Assembly (NCBI GenBank): GCA_035221665.1
Contig: CM069145.1
Location: forward strand, 20,026,001 to 20,090,000
Direction of reading: 5' to 3'
Origin: Okamejei kenojei
Taxonomy: Eukaryota
Length of the DNA: 64,000 nt
This document shows, one piece after another, positions 52,447-64,000 of the stretch. Position numbers and translations under genes: made by a program. The notes below the pieces were generated by a model that saw only the letters and a list, made by a program, of their open reading frames with translations, did not search any database and was not told the DNA's origin. Numbering within the stretch: position 1 is the stretch's first letter; each line of letters starts with the position of its first letter.

Positions 52447-52640
52447 TTCATAGGTTCTAGGAACAGAATTAGGCCATTCGGCCTATCGTGTACTCCACCA
52501 TTCAATCACGGCTGGTCAATCTTGCCCTCTTATCCCCATTCTCATGCCTTCTCCCCATAACCCCTGACACCTGTACGAATCAAGAATCTAGTTATCTCTG
52601 CCTTAAAATTATCCATTGACTTGGCCTCCGCAGCCTTCTC
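52447..52640 (-). mobile_element. CR1 3' fragment
   Basis: gttcataggttctaggaacagaattaggccattcggcc tail; same family as ~18830-18975 (+) and ~9070-9136 (+). Confidence 0.8.
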
Positions 52641-54089
52641 TAGCTGGCTGCAGGTGGGTGAGCTGGAAGTTAAGGCTGTTGGTCATGGGTTAATGTCAAG
52701 GCAACAATTGCACACTGCACAGTATTTGACGTGAGGTATAAAACACAATCATAAATCTAAGGCACAAAGTTCTGTAGTTACAGCAGGTCAGGCAGCATCT
52801 CTGGAAGACAGGCAACGTTGTAGGACAAGACCCTTTTTCAGACAAAATTGACTGCCTAAAGAGTATTTGTAGAGATCAAGTCAAGACCCTTGAGCAGAAT
52901 GAATTAATCTATGCTATCATGTAGCAGGCAGGAACATTCTGTTTAAACTTCAATTGCCAATGCCCTGGTATTGATTGCAAGCTTAGCAAATGTATTAAGC
53001 ACTTTGAGTTTTGGAATTCCCGTGGATGTCTATTCCATTCACACAATAAATGAATTAATTCTCTAAACATCTCACTGAAATCCTACTGGAGGACTGAAGG
53101 ATCAAGAAGACACATGAAAACATGTGTGTTAAAGTAGCCATGTAGTATTTCATCTTTAGTTTCATTATTATAATAATCCTGTCACGTAATTTGACCCAAA
53201 CTCTGTGTTTAAAATTTATCTTCCCCAGACCTCTTTCCCCATCTTCTTTAACGACCCCTTGGTTTCCCAACTTCTGTTCACCACAGGAAAATAAATACAA
53301 TGAAAAAACATCATCCTCTGAGAAACATAAAGTTAATTTGGTTCATTCTGTAGTGTGGCCATTGTACAGTAAATGTCCAATATTTTACAGTAACCGCTGT
53401 GTGTTTTCATGGAGAACTTGATGCCCTTCCCAGGATGAGCAGCATACTTTGAATGTCTGTGGTTAGACAATCATAACATGAATAAAAGTGGTTTAGAAAT
53501 CATATTCCAACCAAAGTACACGACAGTAAGTGAAATGTTGTACTTTTTGATTTGTGCTGACTGAAGAACATTATTTGTAGGTGAATTGGCATTATTAATC
53601 TCTTACGATGCTGCCTCTTGACCTATGAATTGTAATTTGGACTAGAGCGTGTTGCAGTGAATTGATGCTGCTAGTCTAAAGTATCCATGTGATAAATCTA
53701 GACTAAGGCAGCTTATTCAGATCAAGAGTCAACAACATTACATCAACTTAAATTGATAAATAAAATAATAAAACATTTTCACTTGTCTACTTGGTTACTG
53801 CCATCCCAGTTCTCAAAGTTTAGAATGAAGACCAATTCTGAAAATAATGCTTAGTGCATATAGTTGGTATACTGGCTTATCAGTGACTGTAATTTTTTCA
53901 AAGCACAGATTAACTCAATAATTTAACTAATTGTAAAAATACCACCTCTTGCTATTAAAATAGGAAGAACAATCAACTGCAAATTCATTGTCAAACCTCG
54001 GATTACCATAAAATGGTATTTTAATGCAATAAGTATTTGGACATTAAAGTTTCAGTCTTTCATGGCTATTTATACTGTATAGTATAATA

Positions 54090-55050
54090 TGGTGTAATAG
54101 CAATGACTCAGTTTCACCTCGAGTCAGAAGATAATTGCTCAATTCCTGTCCAGAATCATGGGTATAAGATCTAGGCCAACTCTCCAGCATGTTACAGAAG
54201 GAGTGTTTTAGTACTAAAACTGTCTAACAATTGTGGAAATGCTTTCTAATCAGTGAAATGTTAAATTGAGGTCTCATCTAATCATCCAGATGAGCTAAAA
54301 AATTCAATTGCTTTATTCTGAGAAGAGCAAGTTAGTTTGCCTGATTTAAATAAAACACAAAGTGCTGGTGTAACTCAGCTGGTCAGGCAGCATCCTTGGA
54401 GAACATGGATAGGTGACATTTCAGAACAGGACTTTTCTTCAGAATGGGGATGCTCCCCGACCCACTTAATTACTCCAGTACCTTCTGTCTTATTTTGTGA
54501 ACTAGCATTTGCAGTTCCTTGTTTCTACATCCTGATATATATGATAGTGGCCAATGTTTATCCCTCAACCAATTAGGGTGGCGCAGTGGTAGACTTGCTG
54601 CCTCACAGCGCCAGAGACCCAGGTTAGATCCTGACTGCGGGTGTTGTCTGCGCTGAATTTGTACATTCTCCCTGTGAGTGCGTGGGTTTTCTTCGGGTGC
54701 TCCGAAAAGACGTGCAGGTTAGTGGGTTAATTGGCTTCTGTAAATTGCCCTGAATGTGTTGGATACGAAAGTGGGATAACATAGAACTAGTGTACCGGTG
54801 ATCAATGGTCGGCATGGGCTTGGTGGGCCGAAGGGCCTGTTTACTCGCTGTATCTCTAAATACTTAACTCTAAACCAAATCACTCAGCACAAAGTACATA
54901 ATCTGGCTATTATACGTTGCTACTTGTGGGGCCTTGATGTGCGGAAATTGGCTGCTGAATTTCACTCATTACAACAGACATTTCAAAAGTATTTAACTAT
55001 CTGTGAAGCTCGTTGAGGTATGAAGAATGTATTACAAAATGTAGCATGTT
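54090..55050 (+). mobile_element. Deu-domain SINE (SacSINE1/AmnSINE-like) interrupted by a Penelope-derived foldback repeat (~54350-54530) and a V-SINE (54577-54875)
   Basis: gaagagcaag...gtggccaatgtttatccctcaaccaa|...cttgtggggccttgatgtgcggaaattggctgc follows the Deu domain as I recall it. Confidence 0.7.
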
Positions 55051-55642
55051 TTATAAAATGAAGCATGCTCAATAAAATCCTTTTACTTGGGTGAAACTAG
55101 TGGAGTGTAAACCACATCGTAGTACTTTTAAAATTAATGGTTAATGTTGCTGCAACTGGTATTTGATTCTAAGATCTCCAAATCTGAAGTCTCATTTGTA
55201 TGAGTGACAAATAAAATGTAATGCAGAGTGATGCATGTTTTAAGTTGATGAAAGTTAGTAAAAACTAAATGGCACAATATTGAATGTGACCAGGGTATCT
55301 ACATATGTAAATGTAATTTCTGCAGGAGAATAATTTTCCATTATTTTCTGTTCCAATTTTGTATGGCACTAATGGCTCTTTTTTCCAGTCTTTACTCTTT
55401 ACTGTATTGCAGAACTTGTGTAAGTTATGTATAATTCATATTTTTGTTGGGCTGAATCTATATGCGCGTGCTGCAAGTAAGATTTTCTCGATTCCTGTAC
55501 CTCACTGTACTTGTGCTCATGACAATAAACTTGACTTGATCTCAGGAAGGCATTGGAGAAAGTGTAGAAAAAATGTCATGTAATGTGCTCTGGGTTGAGA
55601 GCCTTCCGTTATATAGGGAGACAAAATAATATGTGATTGCTT

Positions 55643-55774
55643 GTCTGAAGAAGGGTCTCGACCCGAAACATCAACTGTTCCTTTTCTCCAGAGATGTTAT
55701 CTGACCCGCTGAGTTGCTCCAGCTTTTTGTGTATATCTTCTGTTTAAACCAGCATCCGCAGTTCCTTCCTACAC
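55643..55774 (+). repeat. Penelope-derived short repeat with hammerhead motif
   Basis: gtCTGAAGAagggtctcgacccGAAAcATC..., followed by the terminal segment. Confidence 0.8.
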
Positions 55775-55865
55775 GTAACCTGGGATTGATTCTCCTGGCG
55801 TTGAAAATATTTGGCAGAGATGCCACAGAAATCTTTTTAAGGAAGTGAAAGAACATTAAGACTCA

Positions 55866-56062
55866 CGGGTAATTTGTATCCCCTCAATCAACATCACTCA
55901 AAACAAATTATCTGCTCGTTGTTGATTGTGGTAGCTTGCTGAGTGCAAATTAGCTGCCGTGTTTCCTACATTACAGTTGCAAAGTCACATCACTAGGTAG
56001 TTTTAATTGCTAGCAAGGTGTTTTTGACCATGAAACCACTATAAAAATGGAAATCACTCTTT
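55866..56062 (+). mobile_element. Deu-domain SINE 3' half
   Basis: tatcccctcaatcaacatcactcaaaacaaattatctg...tgtggtagcttgctgagtgcaaattagctgccgtgtttcctacattaca. Confidence 0.7.
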
Positions 56063-56139
56063 CTAGTGGAAAAAATATATGTTCTATTCGGGTTAAAGGG
56101 ACTCTTGAAAAATTATATTGTGAGTGAACTGTGTTAACT

Positions 56140-56434
56140 TTGTTTAATTTAGAGATACAGCGTGGAAACAGGCCCTTCTGCCCACCGAGACCGCACCAAC
56201 CAGCAATCCCCGCATATTAACACTATCCTACACACACTATGGACAATTTACGCTTATACCAAGCCAATTAACCAACAAGCCTTTACGTAAACCGAAATTC
56301 TCGGAGAAAACTCATGCGGTCATGGGGAGAACATACGAACTCCATACACACAGCACCTATAGTCTGGAACGAACCCGGGTCTCTTGCGCTGCAAGTGCTG
56401 TAAGGCAACAACTCTGCCGCTATGCCACCGTGCC
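56140..56434 (-). mobile_element. V-SINE (HE1-like)
   Basis: Near-copy of 40548-40845. Confidence 0.88.
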
Positions 56435-57786
56435 ATCCTTGTCTTATTACACTTTTGTTAAATCTATTAAGTATATTTTGAAGACATTGTTAGAGGGGGC
56501 AGGAGATGTGCTTTTGGATTTTCAAAAAGCTTAAGAAACTGCTCGAGATTATGACTCAAAATCAGAATGTGTGGAAATGGCCATGTATTGAGCATTGGAT
56601 GAAGCATAGTGGAGGAAAACAGATTGTCTGCCTGTACTGTGGTTGGACTTTAGCTATTTATAACATATATCAATGGTACATCTAATATGGGAAGAAACTA
56701 TATATGTGGTTAAAAGTTGAGCATCAGGAAATAGACCCACTTTGACAGCTTCATATTTTGCACTGCTGGAGACAGCTGATAAAAAAATATGCTGAAAACT
56801 GCAAGTTTAAATTGCACTTTTTTTATTTAGGGAAACCTAAAAATAGCACAATTGAGCGCGTACAATGTAATTGCATCAACATATCTCTTATTTTGCATTC
56901 TCCACAATCCAAACAGTTGCGTAAATCAAATTGAAATACTGTACATTCTTAAATATCCCAGCAAGAATGGGAAAAGCAGATTTATTGTTGAGTATTTGAA
57001 AATGAATTTGTTCACTGGAAATGTTTTTAAATGGCCGTGTCAGGAGAGAAAGGGATCATTCAAAAGTATAAATGTTGTTATAAAAATGCAATCAATTTTG
57101 TATGCTTGCTTAGATGTGAAGTTAAACCAAACAAAGAAGCTCTGCAATCTTGGTTATAGGACAGAATAGAACTATAAGTGGTATTGACTTTCGAGAAGGG
57201 AAAAGATTAGAAATTAACTTGGAATTTGCTGTGTTGCACTACGAAGCACATCACTAAATATGCCGTAACTGAGAGTCTACCAAGGCAGTGAGTTTTGGCA
57301 TCTTGGCCTCTGTCAATTACTCAATGTGTGTAGGTGACTGCTAGAATCTGGGGAATTGACAGAAATGTTGGGAGAGTGGGATACAAGGAAAACTAGTGGG
57401 GAATAGGATACAAGGAAAATTAGTGGGGAATGGGATTCCCTGGGAGCCAGCATAAATTTGATAGACAGAAATGGCCTTGTGTGTGGTAAGAAAATATCAA
57501 ATGTTATTTGAACTTCGCGTGACACCATAGCTGGGCCTGATTCTGCCTTCATTCAGTGTGTGCAACAGGATATTTTGTAGCTGGATACTAATCAGAAGCA
57601 AGAGGCACTCCTGCATCTTGTTATCCGATCTCCTGTGCCTACTATTGAGGTTTCATGTATGCACCTTCACTGTAGCTTCTGTCAGCTAATTCTACACAGA
57701 ATAATTCTACACAGTCTGTGGTTATATATATATATATATCTTTTCATTTAGTTATCTATTTTTCAGCACCTGGCCTTAACTGGAGA

Positions 57787-58085
57787 CACTGTGGCGTAGT
57801 GGTAGAGCTACTGTCTTGCAGCACCAGAGTCCTGGGTTCAATCCTGATTACGGGGTGCTGTCTATACAGAGTTTGTACATTCTCCCTGTGACCTGTGTGG
57901 ATCTTCATTCCTCCTATACTTCAAAGGCGTATATGTTTGTAGGTTAATTGGCTTGGTGTAAATGTTTTTTAAAAATGTCCCTAATGTGTGTGGGGTAGTG
58001 TCAATGTGCGGGGATCGCTGGTCGGTGTGGACTCGGTGGGCCGAACGGCCTGTTTCTGCGCTGTATCTCTAAACTGAACTAAACT
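57787..58085 (+). mobile_element. V-SINE (HE1-like)
   Basis: A-box gtggcgtagtggtagagc, B-box ggttcaatcc, V-domain, and tail ctgtatctctaaactgaactaaac. Confidence 0.88.
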
Positions 58086-58376
58086 ATTGCTCATCCTAAA
58101 TTGAACTTAGTGGGTTTGCTTGGCTATTTCTAGGAGTATTTAGGTATCCGCCACATAAATGGGTATCGAGATGCATGTAAGCTTGGAGTAATTCAGCTGG
58201 TCAAGCAGCATCTCTGTTGAAAAGGAATAGGTGACGTGTCCGGTCGAGACCCTTCTTCAGACCCTTCAGACCATTCTTCAGATTGTGAATGTGTGACTAT
58301 TGTTACTAATAAATTGGAATTGTGCTTTTTCACATTCTAATTGTGAACTGAGTTTTAAATTCCACAATTGGGATTT

Positions 58377-58507
58377 GAGTCAAGTCAAGTCAAGTTTATT
58401 CGTCACATACACATACGGGATGTGCAGTGAAATGAAAAGTGGCAATGCTCGCGGACTTTGTGTAAAAAAAACAAACAAACAAACAACCAACAAACTACAA
58501 ACAGAAT
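58377..58507 (-). mobile_element. LINE 3' end (Rex/Babar-like)
   Basis: (TCAAG)n followed by tttattcgtcacat reads AATAAA+(CTTGA)n on the minus strand; the same tail type occurs on + at 55340-55540. Confidence 0.6.
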
Positions 58508-60077
58508 CGCTGGTCGCTGGTTTCTAGATGGTCAGTCCAAACCTCTGGTTTACCGGGCCGGTAATACGACCGCCCCCCCACACGATGCCACACTGGGCCA
58601 CATTTGCCCTTTGATCTAGCAGGAAGCTTAAAAGCCTGGTCTGTAAAGTAAGACCGAGCTTTACTGGTCAGGTGTGACACATTTACATTTTAATGGCTGA
58701 CAAATAGCTCAGTATATCTTTCTGGTCATTAAAGTTTTCATTGGAGATTGGAGAGCAATCTGCTGCCCCTGTCTCGGACCTCTGGCATCTATACGTACAA
58801 TGCAATGTGAGTGACAAGTGAAGATGTTGCTCCCTACTTGTTTGGAAGTGAAAATAGTGGCAATTCTGTGCCGTTTGGAAACACAGCAGTTACTGTACTG
58901 AATGAAACAGCATGCCAAGCATAATCCCCAACTAAAGTCATAATTGCTGCAGCATAACTGGGACAATGAAACTTAAGAAGCTTGATATTTAATAGGGGAG
59001 AAATGCGTCAAATATTCTGATTTGATATCACCAGCCAACTGCTGATTAGAACAGTGATCTGAGTAATAAATATCTTCGGTATAGGAGAGTGCTGAGCATG
59101 CCTTTTATTTAAAGCTAGAGTTATATAAATTGTAATGTTTTGCACATCTGCTCAGTAAATCCAAACAGCCGTGTGTTTCTGGTGTGACTGGCTGCCAAGG
59201 TGACAGATGAATTTCCTACTTGTGGAGATTAGACTGCACATGTGCTAACCCCAGCACTGGCGTGGGTGGCAACAGTGAGGATTGTGTGGTTAAACGAGGC
59301 CATCGGGAGACATTATTTGAACGGATGTGGAATAAGAGAAGGCTGCATAAGACCAGATAGGTAAGGAAGTTCTCAAATTGGCCCAGCAAGTCTACATTCA
59401 TTGTACAAAGCCCGTAATCCCACTGTTATTTTGTAACACAGGATCATATGCAAAGAGAGGATTATTGCTTAGCCGTCAGGACTGATTTCTGCAGGCAAAT
59501 GTTAATCTGGGAGAAGCGACAAAGCTATCTGCAGTTTTAAACTCAATACCTAGCAACTAAATGGGAAACAGGGAGTTTTCTGCCTTGTAGTGATAAGCCA
59601 GAACAGTTCCCCGTTAGACTTTCCTTCATCCTGAGTCAACTGGTTTGTTATCCAAGATAGGTAACTACATTATTTATCAATGGAATTTTTCTTTCTTAAA
59701 TGTGGTATTATGTTGCACAGTTATAAATAATTGATGAATCCTTGTTTTTAGTTTAGCCTAACTCTTGTTTGTTAGTTTTGCACGTTTTCAGAAATTGTTG
59801 CTGTATTTTAGTGTGACTTTACTTTCACCTGGTTCCCCAAACTTTGTTATTTTACATCTTCAAGACCTTTTGAAAAACAGTGTTTCCACTGGAACTGGTG
59901 TGATGGACTACTGCTGATATGTAGGCCTATAGTGATTATTATTTTCTTCACAAACACTAATAAGAGGTTGTGAATCGGTAATGATTCTACAGAACTTTCC
60001 TCCTCAGAAAACAGAATTAGACTCTTAATATATACAGGGATGAACGGTTACTGGGTCTAAGTAGAAACAATTTGATT

Positions 60078-60352
60078 AAAGGATACAGCATGGGAACCGG
60101 TCCTTCGGCCCACCTAGTCCACGCTGACCCATTCACACTAGTTCTATGCAACCCCACTTACTGATCCACACCCTCAAAGAAGGGGCAATTTGTAGAGCCC
60201 AATTAATCTACAAAAGCCCACACATCTTTGGTTATGTGCGAGGATGCAAGAGCACCTGCTGGAAACCCACGTGGTCACAGAGAGAACATGTAAACTCCAC
60301 ACAGAACAGTACCTGAGGTTAGGATCAACACTGGATCTCTGATGTTGTGAGG
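60078..60352 (-). mobile_element. V-SINE (HE1-like), degenerate
   Basis: gatacagcatgggaaccggtccttcggccc...gtcacagagagaacatgtaaactccacacag. Confidence 0.75.
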
Positions 60353-60547
60353 CAAATATAGAGCTCACAAACAGATCAGCCATAGTCTTAATCAAGTTTT
60401 TAAAATAAAATCGCTCAACCTCTTAACCTTTCCCATGGGGTCAGTGACTCCATTGAAATGATGTGCCATTAATAGCCAGTGCTCTCTGATGTAAACCTGA
60501 GGTGCTGAATGTAAAATGTTCCAATCTCCCACTTAAGGATTCTGCCA

Positions 60548-61012
60548 GAACCCAATTCCTGGGATGGCGGGACTGTCTTATATTGATAGAATGGAGCAGC
60601 TGGGCTAGTATACTCTGGAATTTAGAAGGTTGAGAGGGGATCTTACTGAAGATTATTAAGGGTTAGGACATGCTAGAGGCAGGAAACATGTTCCAGATGT
60701 TGGGGGAGTCCAGAATCCGGGGCCACAATTTAAGAATAAGGGGTAGCCATTTAGAACGAAGATGAGGAAAAACCTTTTCACAGACAGAGTTGTGAATCTG
60801 TGAAATTCTCTGCCTCAGACTGCAGTGGAGGCCAATTCTCTGGATGCTTTCAAGAGAGAGTTAGATAGAGCTCTTAAAGATAGCGGAGTCAGGGGATATG
60901 GGGAGTAGGCAGGAACGGGATACTGATTGTGGACGATCAGCCACGATCACAGTGAATGGCGGTGCTGGCTCGAAGGGCCGAATGGCCTACTCCTGCACTT
61001 ATTATCTATTGT
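60548..61012 (+). mobile_element. CR1 3' fragment
   Basis: Colinear with 6672-7145. Confidence 0.9.
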
Positions 61013-61027
61013 CTTGCCTTTGGGGTT

Positions 61028-61440
61028 AGGTCACGTGTACCAAGGTACAGTGAAATGCTTTGTTTTACATGCTAACCGTTCAAATCAGAAAATACTATAC
61101 TTAGAGTCAATCAAACCAAACCCAACAACAATAGATAGAGCAAAGGTCAAGAGTACAAAATATAGTTCTCAACATTATAGGGCACCAGCTCCATAGACCA
61201 AGTATAATGTCCTAAATGGGGTGGAGGAGCTTTGGACAGTATCCTAGATTATGGAAGGACCATTCAGAAGCTTGATAACAAAGGGGAAGAAGCTGTCCCT
61301 GAGTCTGGTGGTGTGCGCATTTAAGCTTCTGTATCTTCTGCCCAATAGGAGCTGGGAGAAGAAGAAATGACTGGGGCGGGACAAGTCTTTGATTATGTTG
61401 GCTGCCTCCAAGTATAGATGGAGTCAATGGTGGGAAGCAA
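61028..61440 (-). mobile_element. Rex1/Babar-like LINE 3' fragment
   Basis: A minus frame reads ...YRSLNAHTTRLRDSFFPFVIKLLNG, typical of the Rex1 ORF C-terminus. Confidence 0.7.
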
Positions 61441-62487
61441 AGTGGCATTTTGCTGAACTCATGGGGGTCTCGGGCAAACAGAGCCATGAATGGGAATGGT
61501 TAGTCAGCTCAATTAAGCTCAGTATCTTATACCTGATTCTGTTTTGAGTGGATGTCCAATATAGAGAATTGTGTCTGATTTGGTATTAATGTCTTTGCAG
61601 TCTTCCGTTAGAGAATAGGTTGGAGTAATGAAAGGATTTGCAGCCTAATGAATGTTGATATGGCAAGAACTGGACACTTCTTCCATGACTGTGACCACCT
61701 GTGCATCAGATTGGTTCGTTTTACATGGCGGAGGAAGTTTTGAGGATCCCACAATAAGTCAGGACCCTTCACTGTCTCCACTTCTCCTTCCTGCCTAACG
61801 TTATTCAGAGTGTTGGCACCTCCAAAATGCACATCTATATTTCCCCCCAGTTCATATTTAAACTTGTCCAATTAGATTTGTGGCATCACCCCAACAAATT
61901 ATAAGGTGAGAGGGGAAAGATTTAAAAGAGCCCTGAGGGGCAGCTATTTCACACAGAGCGTGGGGCAAGTATGAAATCAGCTGCCAGAGGAAATGGTCAA
62001 GGTGAATTCAATTATGACACTTGGACAGGCAGATGGATAAGAAAGGTTGGAGAGATATGGCCCAGGTACAAGCTGGTAGTCTAGCTTGGTTAAACCACTT
62101 GGTCAGCATGGACAAGTTAGGCCGAGTGGCTGTTTCTTGGAGTGAACTAGGGCCTGTGCTATAAATTTCTATAGTTCACAACTAATGTTGGAAATATTGT
62201 GTTTAAAAGTGACCTGGATGATTGGATATTAATCAGAGCTGTAGAGTGAATCAGAACTGAAGCCGACCCTTTGGCCATCAAGTCCATGCCACCCACCAGT
62301 TTTAAAATGGATCCATTTTAGTCTCCTCACATTCCCCAAAATTTTCCCCAGATTCTACCAGTCATCTATGCGAGGGGCAATGTACAATTGTCCATCTACT
62401 ATTTTTTTATACACATCAGTGGAATCCAGAGCACCTAAATGTGAATGTGTGAACTCAACTCAGGCAGCCACATAGGACAGGATTGAA

Positions 62488-62935
62488 TGTGTAGGAAGGA
62501 GCTGCTGGTGCTGGTTTACACCAAAGATAAACACAAAATGCTGGAGTGACTCAGCGGGTCAGGCAGCATAGAGTCAGAGTCTTACAGTGCGGAAACAGGC
62601 CCTTCAGCCCAACTTGCCCACACCGGCCAAGATGTCCCATCTACACTAGTCCCACCTGCCTGCATTTACACCCTATCCTTCTAAACCTGTCCTACCCATG
62701 CACCTGTCTAAAAAAGCATCTCTGGCGAAAGGAGAGAGGGAAATTAGAGGTATGAAAAGGTACAAAAAGACCATATCAAAGCCAGCTACAGTGATCAAGG
62801 AAAGGTGGAGCCCACTATGGTCCATTGTTGGCTGTGGATAAGGTGATAACGAGTGGATACAAACAGAGAAACTAAGCAGGACAATAGTGAAACGGATAGG
62901 ACGACTAGGGTGGGGGAGGGACAGAGAGGGCGGGA
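62488..62935 (-). mobile_element. Penelope-derived 3' segment interrupted by a CR1 3' fragment (~62570-62715)
   Basis: The terminal segment is split at agcat...agcat by a minus-strand CR1 tail (ggaaacaggcccttcagcccaac). Confidence 0.7.
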
Positions 62936-63270
62936 AAGTCTGGTCTTCTGGAATTGTGAGACATCAACTTTACCAGCTGTGTATGTGCTACCTCTAACTG
63001 TATGTTAATGGGCATACTATGGTGAAATTTAGAACTTAATGGTCTTGCGGTGAAATTCAACATACTGCCTCTGTCTTTATGTCATACAGCACCCCTCTAT
63101 AGTTTCTTCATGGCTATAATGTGAGATTGTTCTTCTCACATTCAGAGGATCCAGTTGATCAGCAGAATATTTAATGTGCAGACTATCACTTATCTCAAAT
63201 AACTTATTTATACTAAAACGCTGCAGGTGAAGTCATGGGGTGTGCACAGTGAGCACATAATCAGAAGCTC

Positions 63271-63398
63271 CGACAGAGAAGGAATGGGTGACGTTTCGGG
63301 TCGAGACCCTTCTTCAGACTCTGCCTGTCCCGATGAGTTGCTCCAGCATTTTGTGTCTACCTTCAATTTAAACCAGCATCTGCAGTTCTTTCCTGCAC
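63271..63398. mobile_element. 5'-inverted Penelope-derived insertion with hammerhead motif and long TSD
   Basis: GCACATAATCAGAAGCTC at 63253-63270 and 63395-63412; the hammerhead part is on the minus strand (63275-63320) and the terminal part on the plus strand (63321-63398). Confidence 0.8.
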
Positions 63399-64000
63399 AT
63401 AATCAGAAGCTCTGTCATGTTCATGTTTGTGACTTGAAGTAATATCACTCATACAACAAGAGTTGCCGTTGTGTTGAATGAATCCACTTTAGGCTACCAC
63501 TGCTAAATAGAACCACTCAGATATAATGATTTGGGTCATATTGACATTAAGGCCTTGAACTTTTGATATACATACACTTTCATAGGAATGCTTAACACAT
63601 TTCTATGGAAGATTTTGACTACTGTTTTAATGCAGGACCTGACCCATCTGTACACAAAGTCATTATCAGTTATTCCCTTGTTATTCATCTAGTTTTGATG
63701 CAAGTTTGAAGTTGGTGTATAGTAGATAGGAATATTTGCATGTGGGTATTTATCTTTAATGTGCCATTACTCTTTCTCGTTGCAGGGATAAGTATGTGGA
63801 ACAGTTGTTAAAGTGTGCACGTGTATTTTCCTCTTCTATATTAAAATTGCCAAACATTCTCCTCTCACCTGCATACTGCTTCCTCTTCGCATTAATTTCT
63901 ATAAGGCGGATGATATTTGAGGCTGCTGATGTTTCTACATTGGGGTGATGCTTAAATTCCCTCTCTGACATCGATCCATCTGATAGTTTGTTTATTTTCC

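Noticed and set aside
57787-57850. tRNA gene (A and B boxes)
   Set aside because: It is a SINE head continuing into the V-domain, with no complete cloverleaf.
58144-58180. tag|GTATCCGCCACATAAATGGG, resembling the shared CTBP2 exon start (IRPQIMNG)
   Set aside because: It translates to IRHINGYRDAC with no RPLVALLDGRD, lacks a polypyrimidine tract and runs into a repeat.
1-64000. CRISPR arrays, operons, or prokaryotic/viral systems
   Set aside because: No regularly spaced repeats or dense gene arrays; the content is vertebrate intronic DNA and transposons.

Overview
AT-rich, repeat-laden vertebrate DNA. The repeat families (HE1/V-SINE-like, Deu-domain SINEs, CR1, Penelope-like) point to a cartilaginous fish, probably a skate or ray; this is inference. 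The only confident host coding sequence is the RIBEYE A-domain exon of CTBP2 (+ strand, ATG 29627, phase-1 donor after 31430), encoding the synaptic-ribbon scaffold N-terminus. I found neither the nuclear CtBP2 'MALVDK' exon nor the shared 'IRPQIMNGP' exon, so the rest is probably CTBP2 intronic or upstream DNA. It holds a three-level nested LINE stack (8.2-14 kb), a decayed IR/DR-type Tc1 transposon, Harbinger-type MITEs, a pogo/Tc2-like element with a ~1-kb GC-rich foldback, many SINEs, and Penelope-derived short repeats carrying a minimal hammerhead-ribozyme motif. The best leads are the hammerhead family, a CRX/OTX site cluster ahead of the RIBEYE ATG, a candidate extra phase-1 CTBP2 exon at 4331-4538, the foldback, and a TE-associated CTCF site. 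All family names come from motif recognition, not database searches, and repeat boundaries are approximate.
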